Source of the DNA: Candidatus Bathyarchaeota archaeon
Lineage (GTDB): Archaea > Thermoproteota > Bathyarchaeia > Bathyarchaeales > Bathycorpusculaceae
Direction of reading: 5' to 3'
Assembly: GCA_963772455.1 (NCBI GenBank)
Contig: CAVYXJ010000021.1
Span: 1-64,000, forward strand
Length of the DNA: 64,000 bases
Shown here: positions 53,515 through 64,000 of the stretch, piece by piece
How the letters are laid out: each line of letters opens with the position of its first letter
Numbering within the stretch: the stretch's first letter is position 1
Notes under the pieces: model-generated
The model's input: the letters and a program-made list of their open reading frames with translations, nothing else
Told to the model about the DNA's origin: nothing
Database searches by the model: none
Position numbers and translations under genes: made by a program

Positions 53515-53892
53515 ATGTGTCCCTTTCAAATAGAAAAGTGCCAAGTAGTTTGGTCAAAAGATTCTGCCTCAGAAAAAGATAGGCAATCAATAATCAAAGA
53601 ATTAAAAGAGATGTCTTTTGAAATCCAAGAAGCGATTAATTTCACTAAAGAATTGAGTGAAGTCAAAATGAATGAGGTCAAGTTTTGGCTTAGTACAGAG
53701 GGTGAAACGGGCTATACTTTAGCGATTTATTATGATGTTCATGCCAGAGCATGGGGTATGATGCTTGAGGAAAATGAAACAAAAAATATTTCCCCTAAAG
53801 TCGTGGGCGAAATTGCCTGCACAGATCCCATGACTTTAAGCTTTATTGAGCCTAAAAATATTCTTAAAACTGAAAATCTTTCCCAACTTTAG
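53515..53892 (+). CDS. Hypothetical protein
   Basis: 125-aa ORF preceded by TATA-like TTATAT. Confidence 0.65.
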   Translation: MCPFQIEKCQVVWSKDSASEKDRQSIIKELKEMSFEIQEAINFTKELSEVKMNEVKFWLSTEGETGYTLAIYYDVHARAWGMMLEENETKNISPKVVGEIACTDPMTLSFIEPKNILKTENLSQL

Positions 53893-53897
53893 ATAAA

Positions 53898-54059
53898 TTA
53901 TTTTATTGAATCTCGTTGAGAGGCTGTCTTGGAATTTTCTGGTTTTCTACAGGGACAATACATGCTATGGTTGGATTGTTTATGCTTCAATTTTCCCTCT
54001 TCCAAGAATAGCAAATGTCCACAGTTCTTGCATCTTGGTTGACTGTCAACTTTTCCCAT
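53898..54059 (-). CDS. 53-aa Cys/His-rich putative zinc-finger microprotein (not in ORF track)
   Basis: MGKVDSQPRCKNCGHLLFLEEGKLKHKQSNHSMYCPCRKPENSKTASQRDSIK*. Confidence 0.6.
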   Translation of the reverse strand: MGKVDSQPRCKNCGHLLFLEEGKLKHKQSNHSMYCPCRKPENSKTASQRDSIK

Positions 54060-54136
54060 ACAACAATTTTAGGAACCCAGTGGTCTTTATTCTTTTGTAC
54101 GAGCGCGCGTGATTGTGGCTTAATTTACATTGGTTC

Positions 54137-54367
54137 TTAGGCTTTCTTTATTTGCCCATGGCTTTTTTCCATATGTGAATCAAGGTCAGCTTTTGTGTTG
54201 AAGGATTTTCCGCAAACAGGACAAATAAAAGTCACTATCTCCTCCTTCTCGATCGGTTCATGATTAGGTAAAGGGTTTTTTACGTCGGGGGAGGGTGGGA
54301 TAAGCTCATTTGTTTCTGGAGGTATTTCCGATGGTTGTTTAACGTATGGTAAGTCTGATTCAGTCAT
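54137..54367 (-). CDS. Small C2H2 zinc-finger protein with Pro-rich N-terminus
   Basis: FICPVCGKSFNTKADLDSHMEKSH. Confidence 0.85.
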   Translation of the reverse strand: MTESDLPYVKQPSEIPPETNELIPPSPDVKNPLPNHEPIEKEEIVTFICPVCGKSFNTKADLDSHMEKSHGQIKKA

Positions 54368-54881
54368 ATTAAATCACTAAATAGTCTTAAAATATTGTTT
54401 ATGGAAATTTTATTGTAAACGCAGGAACCTTTTTTTGATTCGCCTATCTCGTTCACTTCTTTCAAGGCTCACAAATAGACTCATCACAAATGAATTTAGA
54501 TTCCATTTAACTTTTTTAAAAAAACTCATAAAAATTCTAAACCTTCTTTTAATATCTATAGGAGGTTAATTGTATATAAGAAAATGTGGTTGTTGGAATG
54601 TTGCAACAATGTTGAAGGGATTCCTAATGCCCTCTGCACTCTCAAAGGACAATGTCTTTGGAACATAGTTGTCCTTTTCTCTCTGAGTATTTTTCTAAAT
54701 TCCCGTGCTTTCTCCATCGCTGACAAATGTACTCTATTGAGAAAGTCGTGTATGGCAAAGTTTTTAATACTCCATAACATTTACACACTTAAACACATAT
54801 GCTTATAAGCACGTATGCACCTATATGTTTATATAAATAAACAATCTCAAGCGAGCAAAAATAGTAAAAAAGTGACTAAAA

Positions 54882-55025
54882 ATGGGCCGAATTAACGTTG
54901 ACATCTCAGATGAATTAGAAAAACAGCTAAGATTAAAAACTGTGGAGAAATTCGGCGGCAAAAAAGGCGACTTATCCAAAGCAGTTCAAGAAGCAGTAAG
55001 AACATGGATCAACATAAAACAGTAA
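54882..55025 (+). CDS. 47-aa ribbon-helix-helix DNA-binding protein (not in ORF track)
   Basis: MGRINVDISDELEKQLRLKTVEKFGGKKGDLSKAVQEAVRTWINIKQ*; alternating beta strand + two helices; TTTATATA upstream. Confidence 0.8.
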   Translation: MGRINVDISDELEKQLRLKTVEKFGGKKGDLSKAVQEAVRTWINIKQ

Positions 55026-55078
55026 AGTCGGCCTCCGCAAAATACTATTAACTATTTTATAAGAAGCCTATGTAAAAG

Positions 55079-55153
55079 GCGAGGGCAAGCCAGTTAGCCT
55101 GGAACATCTTCGTATGAGGGTTATGGGCAATCTAGCTGGAAAGTTCCCTTTGC
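55079..55153 (+). ncRNA. Long hairpin at the predicted 5' end of the tfb transcript
   Basis: GCGAGGG/CCCTTTGC, CCAGTTAG/CTAGCTGG, AAC..CTTC/GAGG-GTT with G-U pairs on + strand; TTTATAA at 55056-55062. Confidence 0.5.
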
Positions 55154-55256
55154 AAAATAGTTCAAAACAAAGCAACAACTCTATTGTTAGCTATCTCAGA
55201 TAGAAAATTCAAGAATGTTCTCACAAATTAAAATTAATTGAAAGGAGCCAAAAAAA

Positions 55257-56231
55257 ATGAGTACAACCCAAATGAGCATAACTAAAAAAGTCCCAATAAT
55301 TAACTCACACTTAGTTGATAAGTGCCCAGAATGTTCAAGCAATAATCTAGTTCACGACAACGACACAGGCGAAACCATCTGCGGTGACTGCGGCTTAGTT
55401 GTCTACGAACAAATGATGGATAAAGGTCCAGAGTGGCGCGCTTTTACTTCAGAAGAAAAAGCATCAAGAAGCCGCGTTGGCATGCCTCTATCATATTCGA
55501 TTCATGATAAAGGATTATCTACAGTCATAAGCCAAGTTGACAGAGATGCATTTGGAAGAAAATTGCCAATGTCCACTAAATTGCAGATGTGGCGTCTTAG
55601 GAAATGGCAAATACGCAGTCGAGTACACTCATCCGTTGATCGAAACCTAGCACAAGCAATGGCAGAACTTGAACGTTTATCCAGTATGGTTTCTATCTCA
55701 CCGTCAATAAAAGAAAAAGCTGCCGTCGCTTACAGAAAAGCACTTGAAAAAGGCTTAGTCCGGGGAAGATCAATCAACGCCATCACCGCAGCGGCACTTT
55801 ATGCTGCCTGCCGAAAAAGCGGGTCACCCAGAACCCTTAGCGAAATTGCTAAAGCAAGTCTTGTCAATAAGAAAGACGTTGCAAGGTGTTATAGGCTAAT
55901 GTTACAAGAGCTTGATTTTCACATGCCAATTTCTGATCCCCTAACATACGTTTCAAAAATTGCAGAAAAAACTGGAATCTCGGGCAAAACACAAGGCGCA
56001 GCAATAGCGATACTCAGGGAGGCTAGAGAAAAACGATTTTCAGCAGGAAAAGACCCAATGGGCTTAGCTGCAGCCGCACTATATATCGCATGCTTGCAGA
56101 ACGCCGAAAAAAACACACAAAAAGACATCTCCGAAGCAGCCGGAGTTACCGAAGTTACAGTTAGAAACAGGTACAAGACTCTAATAAAGCAGCTTCACAT
56201 AGAAACACCCGACCGAAAAACTTGTTTCTAG
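55257..56231 (+). CDS. tfb: Transcription initiation factor IIB
   Basis: CPEC..CGDCG Zn ribbon, GPEWRAF, HDKGLST, LVRGRS, two cyclin repeats, GVTEVTVRNRY. Confidence 0.98.
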   Translation: MSTTQMSITKKVPIINSHLVDKCPECSSNNLVHDNDTGETICGDCGLVVYEQMMDKGPEWRAFTSEEKASRSRVGMPLSYSIHDKGLSTVISQVDRDAFGRKLPMSTKLQMWRLRKWQIRSRVHSSVDRNLAQAMAELERLSSMVSISPSIKEKAAVAYRKALEKGLVRGRSINAITAAALYAACRKSGSPRTLSEIAKASLVNKKDVARCYRLMLQELDFHMPISDPLTYVSKIAEKTGISGKTQGAAIAILREAREKRFSAGKDPMGLAAAALYIACLQNAEKNTQKDISEAAGVTEVTVRNRYKTLIKQLHIETPDRKTCF

Positions 56232-56275
56232 TTTCTTTGCTATTTAGTATTATTAATAATGGATAATTCCTAAAC

Positions 56276-57406
56276 CTATGGAATAATTTCGCAGCCATTG
56301 TATTTCAAGTAGTCGAAGTCTTCAAGCTTGATTTGGTTATTCTTTATTAGTTTTTGAATTCTTGGAACTTCATTTTTAACCGTTTCGATAAGTTGCTCAA
56401 TTGTAAAACAGACTTTCCCATAGGCTTCATCATTCCACCTCTTAGTTATGTTGGTGTACAGGCATCTGCCGCCGCAAATTCCAAGAATGGAACATTGTGA
56501 ACATGGTTTTTCGTTTACAAACATCTGCTTTAATTTAGTTGGGTCAGCATCTTTGATATGACCTAAATAATATTCTTTCATACCCCACATTGTTGGACAA
56601 GGAATAATGTAACCATCAGTTTGAATAGCATAGTTAATCCAACCGCCTCCACAGCGCATAAGGCAATTTTTATCTTCACGCAAAAGCGATTCTGCAATGC
56701 CCAACAATGGATAAAGCTTCAAGACCACTCCTTTCTGCTGCATCTGATCTACCCAAAACCGCGCTAGTTCACGCACACCCGGAATGTAGTTTGTTTTTGT
56801 CCATTCTTCAAAATTACGTCTCTGGTAATCATTTCCCCAAAAGCCAGCGTTGAGTTGCCAATGTATCGAAGAAAAAGAAAACTCATCATTATCAAGCAAC
56901 CATCGAACTTGCTTGTAGATGTCTGTTTGCTCCATTATTGTCATCCTAGCGATTAGTTCACCAGCAAAACCATTTTTCCTAATTAATTTCAAGTTTTCAA
57001 CAACTTTACTGAAAGTGCCCTTGCCACGATAATAATCCGTTAACTCTTCTTGCCCATCAATAGAAACAAGAATCGTGTGGAAACGGTTAACGTATTTTGG
57101 CTCTAACTTATCGAGGAGTAAGCCGTTTGTTTGTATCATATAGTGTTTCGGCTCAACTTTATCCATAATTTGCCTGAGTTTATCTATCCCAAGCAATGGT
57201 TCACCGCCATAGAAGGTTAAAACGCATTCAGGATCTTTTCGGCAAAAGTCTTTGAGCAAATCCAAATCATAATTAAGTTTACGAGGTAAATCGTAGTCAA
57301 CTTCTATGTCGTCGCCGAAGTCTTCATCGAAATCGTCAAGGCTTTCTCCAAAGCAGTATTTACATTGCAGGTTACAGTCACTTGTGAGTATGACATGGAA
57401 GAACAT
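56276..57406 (-). CDS. Radical SAM/SPASM protein resembling the AF0577 (TIGR04084) family
   Basis: CNLQCKYC, FYGGEPLL, QTNG, SIDG, IHWQL, CGGG..IPCP..CSQC..ICGGRCLY. Confidence 0.85.
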   Translation of the reverse strand: MFFHVILTSDCNLQCKYCFGESLDDFDEDFGDDIEVDYDLPRKLNYDLDLLKDFCRKDPECVLTFYGGEPLLGIDKLRQIMDKVEPKHYMIQTNGLLLDKLEPKYVNRFHTILVSIDGQEELTDYYRGKGTFSKVVENLKLIRKNGFAGELIARMTIMEQTDIYKQVRWLLDNDEFSFSSIHWQLNAGFWGNDYQRRNFEEWTKTNYIPGVRELARFWVDQMQQKGVVLKLYPLLGIAESLLREDKNCLMRCGGGWINYAIQTDGYIIPCPTMWGMKEYYLGHIKDADPTKLKQMFVNEKPCSQCSILGICGGRCLYTNITKRWNDEAYGKVCFTIEQLIETVKNEVPRIQKLIKNNQIKLEDFDYLKYNGCEIIP

Positions 57407-57593
57407 GGTTTAGTAGTGGCTGAGTCCAAACTAATAGTATTTTTCCTTGACATTCTGTCTTCCCGATAATGAGACTTTTAAAAATGCAATTTGATCGTAA
57501 ATATGTCATTTAAAAAAAATATTTTATGATATATTCCTATTCTTGCAATTTTATTTATAAGAGTAATTGCGGAGTCTTTTTTAGCAAAAATGT

Positions 57594-57857
57594 TTGGATT
57601 ATTTGGTGCGCGCTTTGGCAGGTCTATCTAAGAATCAAAAGAGGATTTTAGAAATGTTAGAGATAAAGCCGGATATGACCACAAAGGAAATCGCTGAGAT
57701 GATTTTTGGAAAGATCGTTGAATATAAATCAAAAGAATATGCTTCAGTGCACCGAAGTCTAATTTCATTGGAAAAACAAGGCTCGATAACAAGAGTGCAG
57801 GTTCAGCTTCATTGGCAGAAAACAAATAAAAATGAAAATATTCAGGTAAGACATTAA
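57594..57857 (+). CDS. Winged helix-turn-helix protein
   Basis: LSKNQKRILEML...MTTKEIAE...SVHRSL.SLEKQG.I. Confidence 0.75.
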   Translation: MDYLVRALAGLSKNQKRILEMLEIKPDMTTKEIAEMIFGKIVEYKSKEYASVHRSLISLEKQGSITRVQVQLHWQKTNKNENIQVRH

Positions 57858-57927
57858 TGTCGAAAACAAGATACTTGGCTTAACAATGTTCCTTTTTTAA
57901 TAGTATTTTTCAGCCAGTTTTCTTGCT

Positions 57928-59221
57928 TCAATCTCTTCCGGAGTCTCTCGCCGCCTCAACTTCCTCTTCAACTTTGTCATCATTATTATTCGCTGGTATC
58001 TCTTTTTCCTTCTGGACTTTCTTTAGGGCTTTGTTAACGTAGTTAAAAAGTTCTCTACTCTTCATAAGTTTATCAGAAAGAGATTCAGGGGCATAAAGCA
58101 AAGGCAAGGTAGCTATGAACAGAAAGAAACTTGCTAAAGAAAAAGAAGTCTGTATTGGGATTGATTTAGCAATAGGTGTGATTGAAACTTGAATTAAACC
58201 TGAAAGTAGAAATGGCAGCCCACCCAAAAAATAATACTTTGCACGGTTGCCCACATTAGAGAGATCTCCCCAAACCACAAAAATGAAATTTACATATAGA
58301 AAACCCCAAGCTAAACCATCAAAGATTGTAAAAAGAACTATTCCAATAATCTTTACCGCGGGATCAGATAAGAAACTTAGAAATGCATATCCAACTCCCA
58401 ACAAAACAAACCCAATAATACCAGTGACTTTTCTACCTTTGAAGTCACAAAGAAATCCTGCCCCAATTGCCGAGAAACAATTTATTATGAAAGTGATCAA
58501 AACATAGTTGCTGTAAATATCTGGACCCATGTGATATTCAACTATGGGAGTTTGAATAAAATTTATCAATGTAAACATGAACCATGGCAAAAAATAAAGA
58601 ATAAAAGTTCGATCTTTTAAGATTTTAAGAAGCGGTGTATCCTTTTCTTGATTATTACTCTTGTTTTCTATTAGAAAAATTATGCCGACGAGCCCCAGAA
58701 TTCTCCATATGGAAAAGAATAGAAATTTATTTTCTATAGTCCTAGTCCATCTAAAGGAAATAAAATTACAGCAGTCATTATTTGAATAATGACAAATAAT
58801 ATAGCTCCAGTTCTACCCATTTTTTCGTTTTTTGTTTGATTTGCAAACATAGAAAGACACATTGGAATTCCTAAACCGACTGATCCTCCCAAAAATAAAG
58901 AGAGTAGACCGAGGGGAATCAACGGTGCTTGAAATCCTAAAAAGTAGAAACAGAGACTTGAGGCTGTTCCGAAGAGTATCCATAAAGAAACAAAGTCTTC
59001 TTTGTCTCATTTTCTGAGCCAGTAAAGTTGCTCCAATTAATGCTGAGAATAACATACCTGTAAAAAATGATCCTGAAACAGACAGAATTCTTTCAAGCTG
59101 TATATGTTCTTGGTCAAGGACTGAGAGACTTAAGACTGTAACCATGGTTAAAGCTGAACCATGATATGCTATTTGCAACTATGAATAGTGGCAGAATCGC
59201 TTTCAGTCTTGCTTTCAGCAT
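57928..59221 (-). CDS. MFS-like multi-TM membrane protein with several frameshifts
   Basis: Hydrophobic fragments 58813-59178, 58734-58922 and 57928-58590 (GFLCDFKGRK motif A-like); N-terminus MLKARLKAILPLFIVANSISWFS from 59221. Confidence 0.65.
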
Positions 59222-59446
59222 CTTGTTTCTGAATATACTGCATTTCACGTATATATACTAACTTTATGAATTTATAGTATAATTTTTTGATTCATAAAGG
59301 CATATTTTTTGAAGATATTGTGTATAACTGTTCTACACAAAGCTTAAATTGAGTTGTTCTACAAATATACATTTAGGTGTGGAGAATGAAGAAGGCAACG
59401 AAAAAGGAATTGAGGAAACCAGTAACATTCAATTGGTAAGTTATCC

Positions 59447-60440
59447 TCAGAGATCCTCCAACATTGAGGCGATAACAAGCTTTAGAGAGCGTCTTTCTTT
59501 TTTCGCTCTTAAGTTTATAGAGAGCTTGTATCGCTTCTTTTTCTACATTTTTTAAATAGTTCAATAGTACCGGCAGAGTTTCTGTTTCTTGAATAATTTG
59601 AAGAAGTTCACGGGAATCATTTACATCAATTTTGTCTTTGGACAATAGTCTGCGGATCTTTAGTGAATATTTCTTGTTCTGGAGAGCATAGAGCAGTTGA
59701 AGGGGCAAAGATCCGTTCTTTATCCTATCTGACAACTCATCTGGCTCAAAAAGATCAGCAAACTCGGCTCTTATAGCCAATAAAATACCTAAATTCCGCC
59801 CATAAACTCCAATAGCTTCTACTTCTTCCTCAGATCCGCCGCTATAGATTGCACCAATTTTCATTCGCCCTTCAATCTCTGCAGCTTTCTTAGTCAAAAT
59901 TTGAAGATATGTTTTCGGTTTCACATTCCACCGAACTTTTTTTAGCTGTGCCTCAGAGATATGGGCATTGACAATTTCGACTAGAAAACTATTCATTATT
60001 TTCATGATTAGTTCTTGACGATCGTTTGATAATTTTGAAATGCATTGATGAAGATAGTAGAAGCTTCTAGTCATATACTCATCCCCAACGAGTAAAGTAA
60101 CTTCTAAACCTAATTTGCCATAGGGGGTTTTAACCTTCCTTTTTGAAAGTGATCCATCAATTAAGTCGTCATGAATATCCATAGTTACATCAATAAATAA
60201 TAGCGCAACCTGTAAAGGCACAATATCTTCCAACTTGCCACCAACTGCTTCACCTGCAATTGCAAGCACTCCCGGTCTGGTTGAGTCCTTCCATCTAGAA
60301 AGGTATTGTTCGATTGTTTTATCGATGTTTCGTTTTCCGAAATTATTTTCATTAGCAAGTTGCTTAAAGACAGTCAGAGCCTTTTCGCTTTTTTGGTTGA
60401 GAAGTAATAAAGCTTTTTCAGCTTTGCTCTCTTGAGTCAT
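59447..60440 (-). CDS. Polyprenyl synthetase-family protein with degenerate second Asp-rich motif
   Basis: RPG, DIHDDLID, LLVGD, KKAA, YGRNLG; second motif reads AEFADL; a late insertion is inferred (corrected end LKLVIASMLEDL*; ORF track ends at 59373). Confidence 0.8.
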
Positions 60441-60629
60441 GCCGGTCTTATTGTTGGTAAATTGATATAATATTTTCGCACCAAGAATGGTTGGAGAAAT
60501 AAAAAATTATTTTTTTACTGAGATTTTGAATTTTTTTTACAAATCTTAGAACTATTTAATCCGCCAACTATCGGAATTATTTGTTGAATACAAAACTCTT
60601 AATAGCTAAATCTTTAATCAGAAGGTTTC

Positions 60630-63513
60630 ATGAGCCAAACCAAGCATTTCGAGCAGAAATGGCAAGCCAAATGGGAAGACACCCATGTTTTCGATGCTGA
60701 CCCTGATCCGAAAAGACATAAGGTAATGGTGACTTTTCCGTTTCCATATATGAATGGTCCATTGCATGTTGGGCACACTTTCACGGCTTCGCGTGTTGAT
60801 GCTTATGCTCGGTTTAAGCGTATGCAGGGTTTCAATGTGCTTTGGCCCTGGGCCTGGCATTGGACAGGACAGCCGTTGCTTGGTGCAAGTCAACGGGTAG
60901 CAAGAGGCGATGAAGCATACATCAAAGTCTTAAGAGAAGTCGATGGCGTACCTGAAACAGAACTCAAAAAATTCGTCGACCCCCTCTATATGGCTCAATA
61001 TTACACCAATGAAGGACGCTTAGCAGCAAAAAGTATCGGGTTTTCTGTTGATTGGCGACGCGAATTCACAACAGTAATGCCTACTTTCCAAAAATTTATT
61101 GAATGGCAATACAAGAACCTTCACGAAAAAGGTTACGTTACCCGAGGCACACATCCAGTGGTTTGGTGCCCAAAAGACAAAAGCCCAACAGGTGACCACG
61201 ACCGCCAAAACGGCGAAGGCATCACCCCAGAAGAATATACATTAATAAAATACAAACTCGAAGACGGAACGATTCTGCCTGCCGCAACTTTTCGCCCTGA
61301 AACCATCTATGGCATAACAAATATTTGGATTAACCCCAATGCAAACTATGTTGAAGCCACTGTAAATGGCGAAAACTGGATAATAAGTCAGGAAGCAGCT
61401 GAAAAACTTAAAGAACAAGAAAGAAAAATTGAGATAAAACGCATTTTCCAAGGCAAAGAACTCATTGGTAAAATCTTTGAGAATCCAGTTACCAAACTCA
61501 AGTTTCCAATTTTACCCGGATGGTTTGTTGATCCAAAAACCGCTACCGGCGTGGTTTATAGTGTTCCAGCCCATGCACCTTTCGATTGGTTGGCTCTGAG
61601 GGATTTGCAACAAAAACCAGAAGTTCTCGCTGAGTTTGGCGTAAACCCTCAAGTTGTTAAAGAAATTAAACCTGTTTCGATCATTAAAGTTGAAGGATTT
61701 GGCGATTTTCCAGCTGTTGAAATTGTAGATAAAATGGGCATAAAGGATCAGAACGATCCCAAGGGAGAGCAAGCTACCAAAGAATTGTATAAAAAAGAAT
61801 TCCATGGAGGCGTCTTAAAAGAAAGCTGTGGTCCATACGCTGGCAAAAGTGTGCGAGAAGTCAAAGATATTTTGATAAAAGACTTCAAAGAAATGGGAGT
61901 TGCTGATTCCATGTATGATTTATCTGAGCCAGTTGTATGTCGATGCATGACCCCGTGCATTGTAAAAATTCTTTCAGACCAATGGTTCCTAAACTACTCG
62001 GATGCAGAATGGAAAACCAAAGCTAAAGAAGTAATTGCTCAAATGAATGTTTATCCTGATTCAGCCAAACCTTGGTTTAACACGGTTATCGATTGGCTTC
62101 GTGAATGGGCATGCGCAAGAACCACAGGTTTTGGAACTCCACTGCCTTGGGGTAAAGGCTGGATTATCGAAACCCTAAGCGACTCAACGGTTTACATGAC
62201 CTTCTACACTATAAATAAACATATACAACAAAATGGCATCAAGGCTGAATCGTTGATCCCTGAAGTTTTTGACTACATCTTCTACGGAAAAGGAAACCTC
62301 GCAGACCTATCAAAAACCGTTGGAATCCAAACTCATTTGCTTGAGGAGATGCGATCTGAATTCCTTTATTGGTACCCCTTCGATTTACGAAATTCAGCTA
62401 AAGAATTGGTCCCAAACCATCTCTCATTCTGTATATTCCATCATGCAGCCTTATTCCCGCCTGAACACTGGCCAAAAGGAATCGGCGTTAATGGTATGCT
62501 GATGGTTGAAGGGCAAGGAATGCACAAGAGCAAAGGCAACTTCATAACTATGAAAGGCGCCGTCGAAAAATACGGTGCAGACGCAACCCGGTGTGGCTTA
62601 CTTTTGGGTGCTGAAGGTATGGATGATCCAGATTGGCGAGCTGAAAACATAAGCGATTTGAAAACAAAGTTTGAAAGCTTAATCGGGTTTGCAAGTTCAA
62701 TAATTTCATGTTCTAAAAAAGAAGAAGACACAATGTTAGAGCGTTGGCTAATGAGTAAGCTCCAAAGCCGCATAAAAGAAGTAACTGAAAGCTTAGAGGA
62801 ACTTAAAACTCGAACTGCACTGCAAGTTGCGTTGTTTGAGACGTGGAATGATTTGCGCTGGTACATTCAACGAAAAGGAAATACCGAGGCCAAAGCATTA
62901 GGTGAGGCTTTAAAGATTTGGTTAAAGATGCTTGCTCCTTTTGCACCTTTCCTATGTGAGGAACTCTGGAGCCAAACAGACGAAAAATATTTCATAAGCG
63001 TTGCAGAATGGCCAAAGTTTGACTCCACAAAAATAGATGTAGCAGCCGAAGAGCAAGAAACCCTGATTACAGACATAATGACTGACACAACAAATATTCT
63101 GAAAGCCACAAAAATAGTTCCCAAACGCATATGCTTCTACACAACAGCATCCTGGAAATGGAAAGTTTATCTAAAAATCCTTGATAAAACGATTTCTGGC
63201 GAAGCCAAAATCGGAGAGTTAATGAAGGAATTCGCCGCTGACATAGATTTAAAACTCCACATGAAAGAAATTGCAGGTCTGGTTCCTAGAATAATTAAGA
63301 CCTTAACCAAGGTCTCAGGTGAACGGAAAGCGAATATGCAACAGATCAAAGATCGTTGATGAACAAACGATTTTGACATCTGCCGTTGGCTTTTTAGGAA
63401 CACGTTTTAACGCTGAAGTTATGGTCTACAGGGAAGATGACACTGAACGTTTTGACCCCAAAAACCGTGCATCAATGGCAATGCCCTATCAACCTGCAAT
63501 CTACATCGAGTAA
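60630..63513 (+). CDS. leuS: Leucyl-tRNA synthetase, archaeal type; one frameshift near 63352
   Basis: PYMNGPLHVGH, DWRREF, ATFRPET, SVPAHAP.D, LSDSTVY, MHKSKGN; tail DPKNRASMAMPYQPAIYIE* in the next frame. Confidence 0.97.
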
Positions 63514-63551
63514 AATTAAATTTTATAAAGGGCACCAATCCAATTGATTGC

Positions 63552-64000
63552 ATGGAACATTTCGTAGCATTCATAAGAGGCATTAACGTTGGAGGACGCA
63601 TCGTTCTTAAAGAAACACTTAAAGAAGCCTTCACGTCACTGGGTTTCCAAGACGTTTCAACATTCAAGCAAAGCGGCAATGTGATTTTTAAAACTGAAAT
63701 CGTCAGCTCCAAAGAGATTGAAGATAAAATCACAAATAAGCTTTGCAAGATGTTGGGCTATGAAGTTTCTGTGTTCGTCCGCTCTTTTTCACAACTTAAA
63801 AGCATAGTCGAACAGGATGCATTCAAAGGCAATGAAAAGGAAGGCACAAGTTTTCTTGTAACTTTTTTCGCAGCCCTTCCAGCTAATTTTCCTTTGCAGT
63901 TGCCTCTGACAATTCCAAAGTCTACCGCCCAAGTAATTTCAACGAAGGGCACTGAGGTTTTCAGTGTAACACATGGTGGCGGCGAAGGTGCGTTGCCAAA
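63552..64000 (+). CDS. DUF1697 family protein (3' truncated by window)
   Basis: MEHFVAFIRGINVGG...LGFQDVSTFKQSGNVIF. Confidence 0.9.
   Translation, partial: MEHFVAFIRGINVGGRIVLKETLKEAFTSLGFQDVSTFKQSGNVIFKTEIVSSKEIEDKITNKLCKMLGYEVSVFVRSFSQLKSIVEQDAFKGNEKEGTSFLVTFFAALPANFPLQLPLTIPKSTAQVISTKGTEVFSVTHGGGEGALP

Noticed and set aside
53906-54112. 68-aa plus-strand ORF in the track
   Set aside because: The opposite-strand 53-aa ATG ORF with CxxC/CxC motifs is the better call
54556-54808. Two overlapping 74-aa ORFs on opposite strands
   Set aside because: No motif, and the coding strand cannot be decided
1-64000. CRISPR array, rRNA or IS elements
   Set aside because: No regularly spaced repeats, rRNA-like segments or transposase motifs seen by eye

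Overview
Archaeal chromosomal segment, most likely Bathyarchaeia. This is inferred from the archaeal EF-1alpha, TFB, LeuRS, ERCC4 nuclease, CCA-encoding tRNA-Pro(CGG) and tRNA-His(GTG), and the expanded family of ~850-920 aa secreted PQQ-like beta-propeller proteins. Housekeeping genes (tuf, tfb, leuS, apgM, rnhA, catalase, GpgS/MpgP-type pair) alternate with accessory blocks. Five paralogous membrane-anchored beta-propeller genes occur in two clusters (5.4-14.9 kb and 39-45.7 kb). They are paired with regulators: a TrmB gene, and a duplicated 7-TM membrane protein + winged-helix module transcribed divergently from the propeller. A conserved ~100-nt structured non-coding element with a compensatory base change follows several propeller genes. 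Other features are a two-SBP + HAMP histidine kinase operon without a permease, a cluster of tiny Zn-finger/DNA-binding genes, and a structured leader upstream of tfb. Many genes, including essential leuS, carry single-base insertions, which points to sequencing error rather than true pseudogenes. No CRISPR, rRNA or recognisable transposase was seen.
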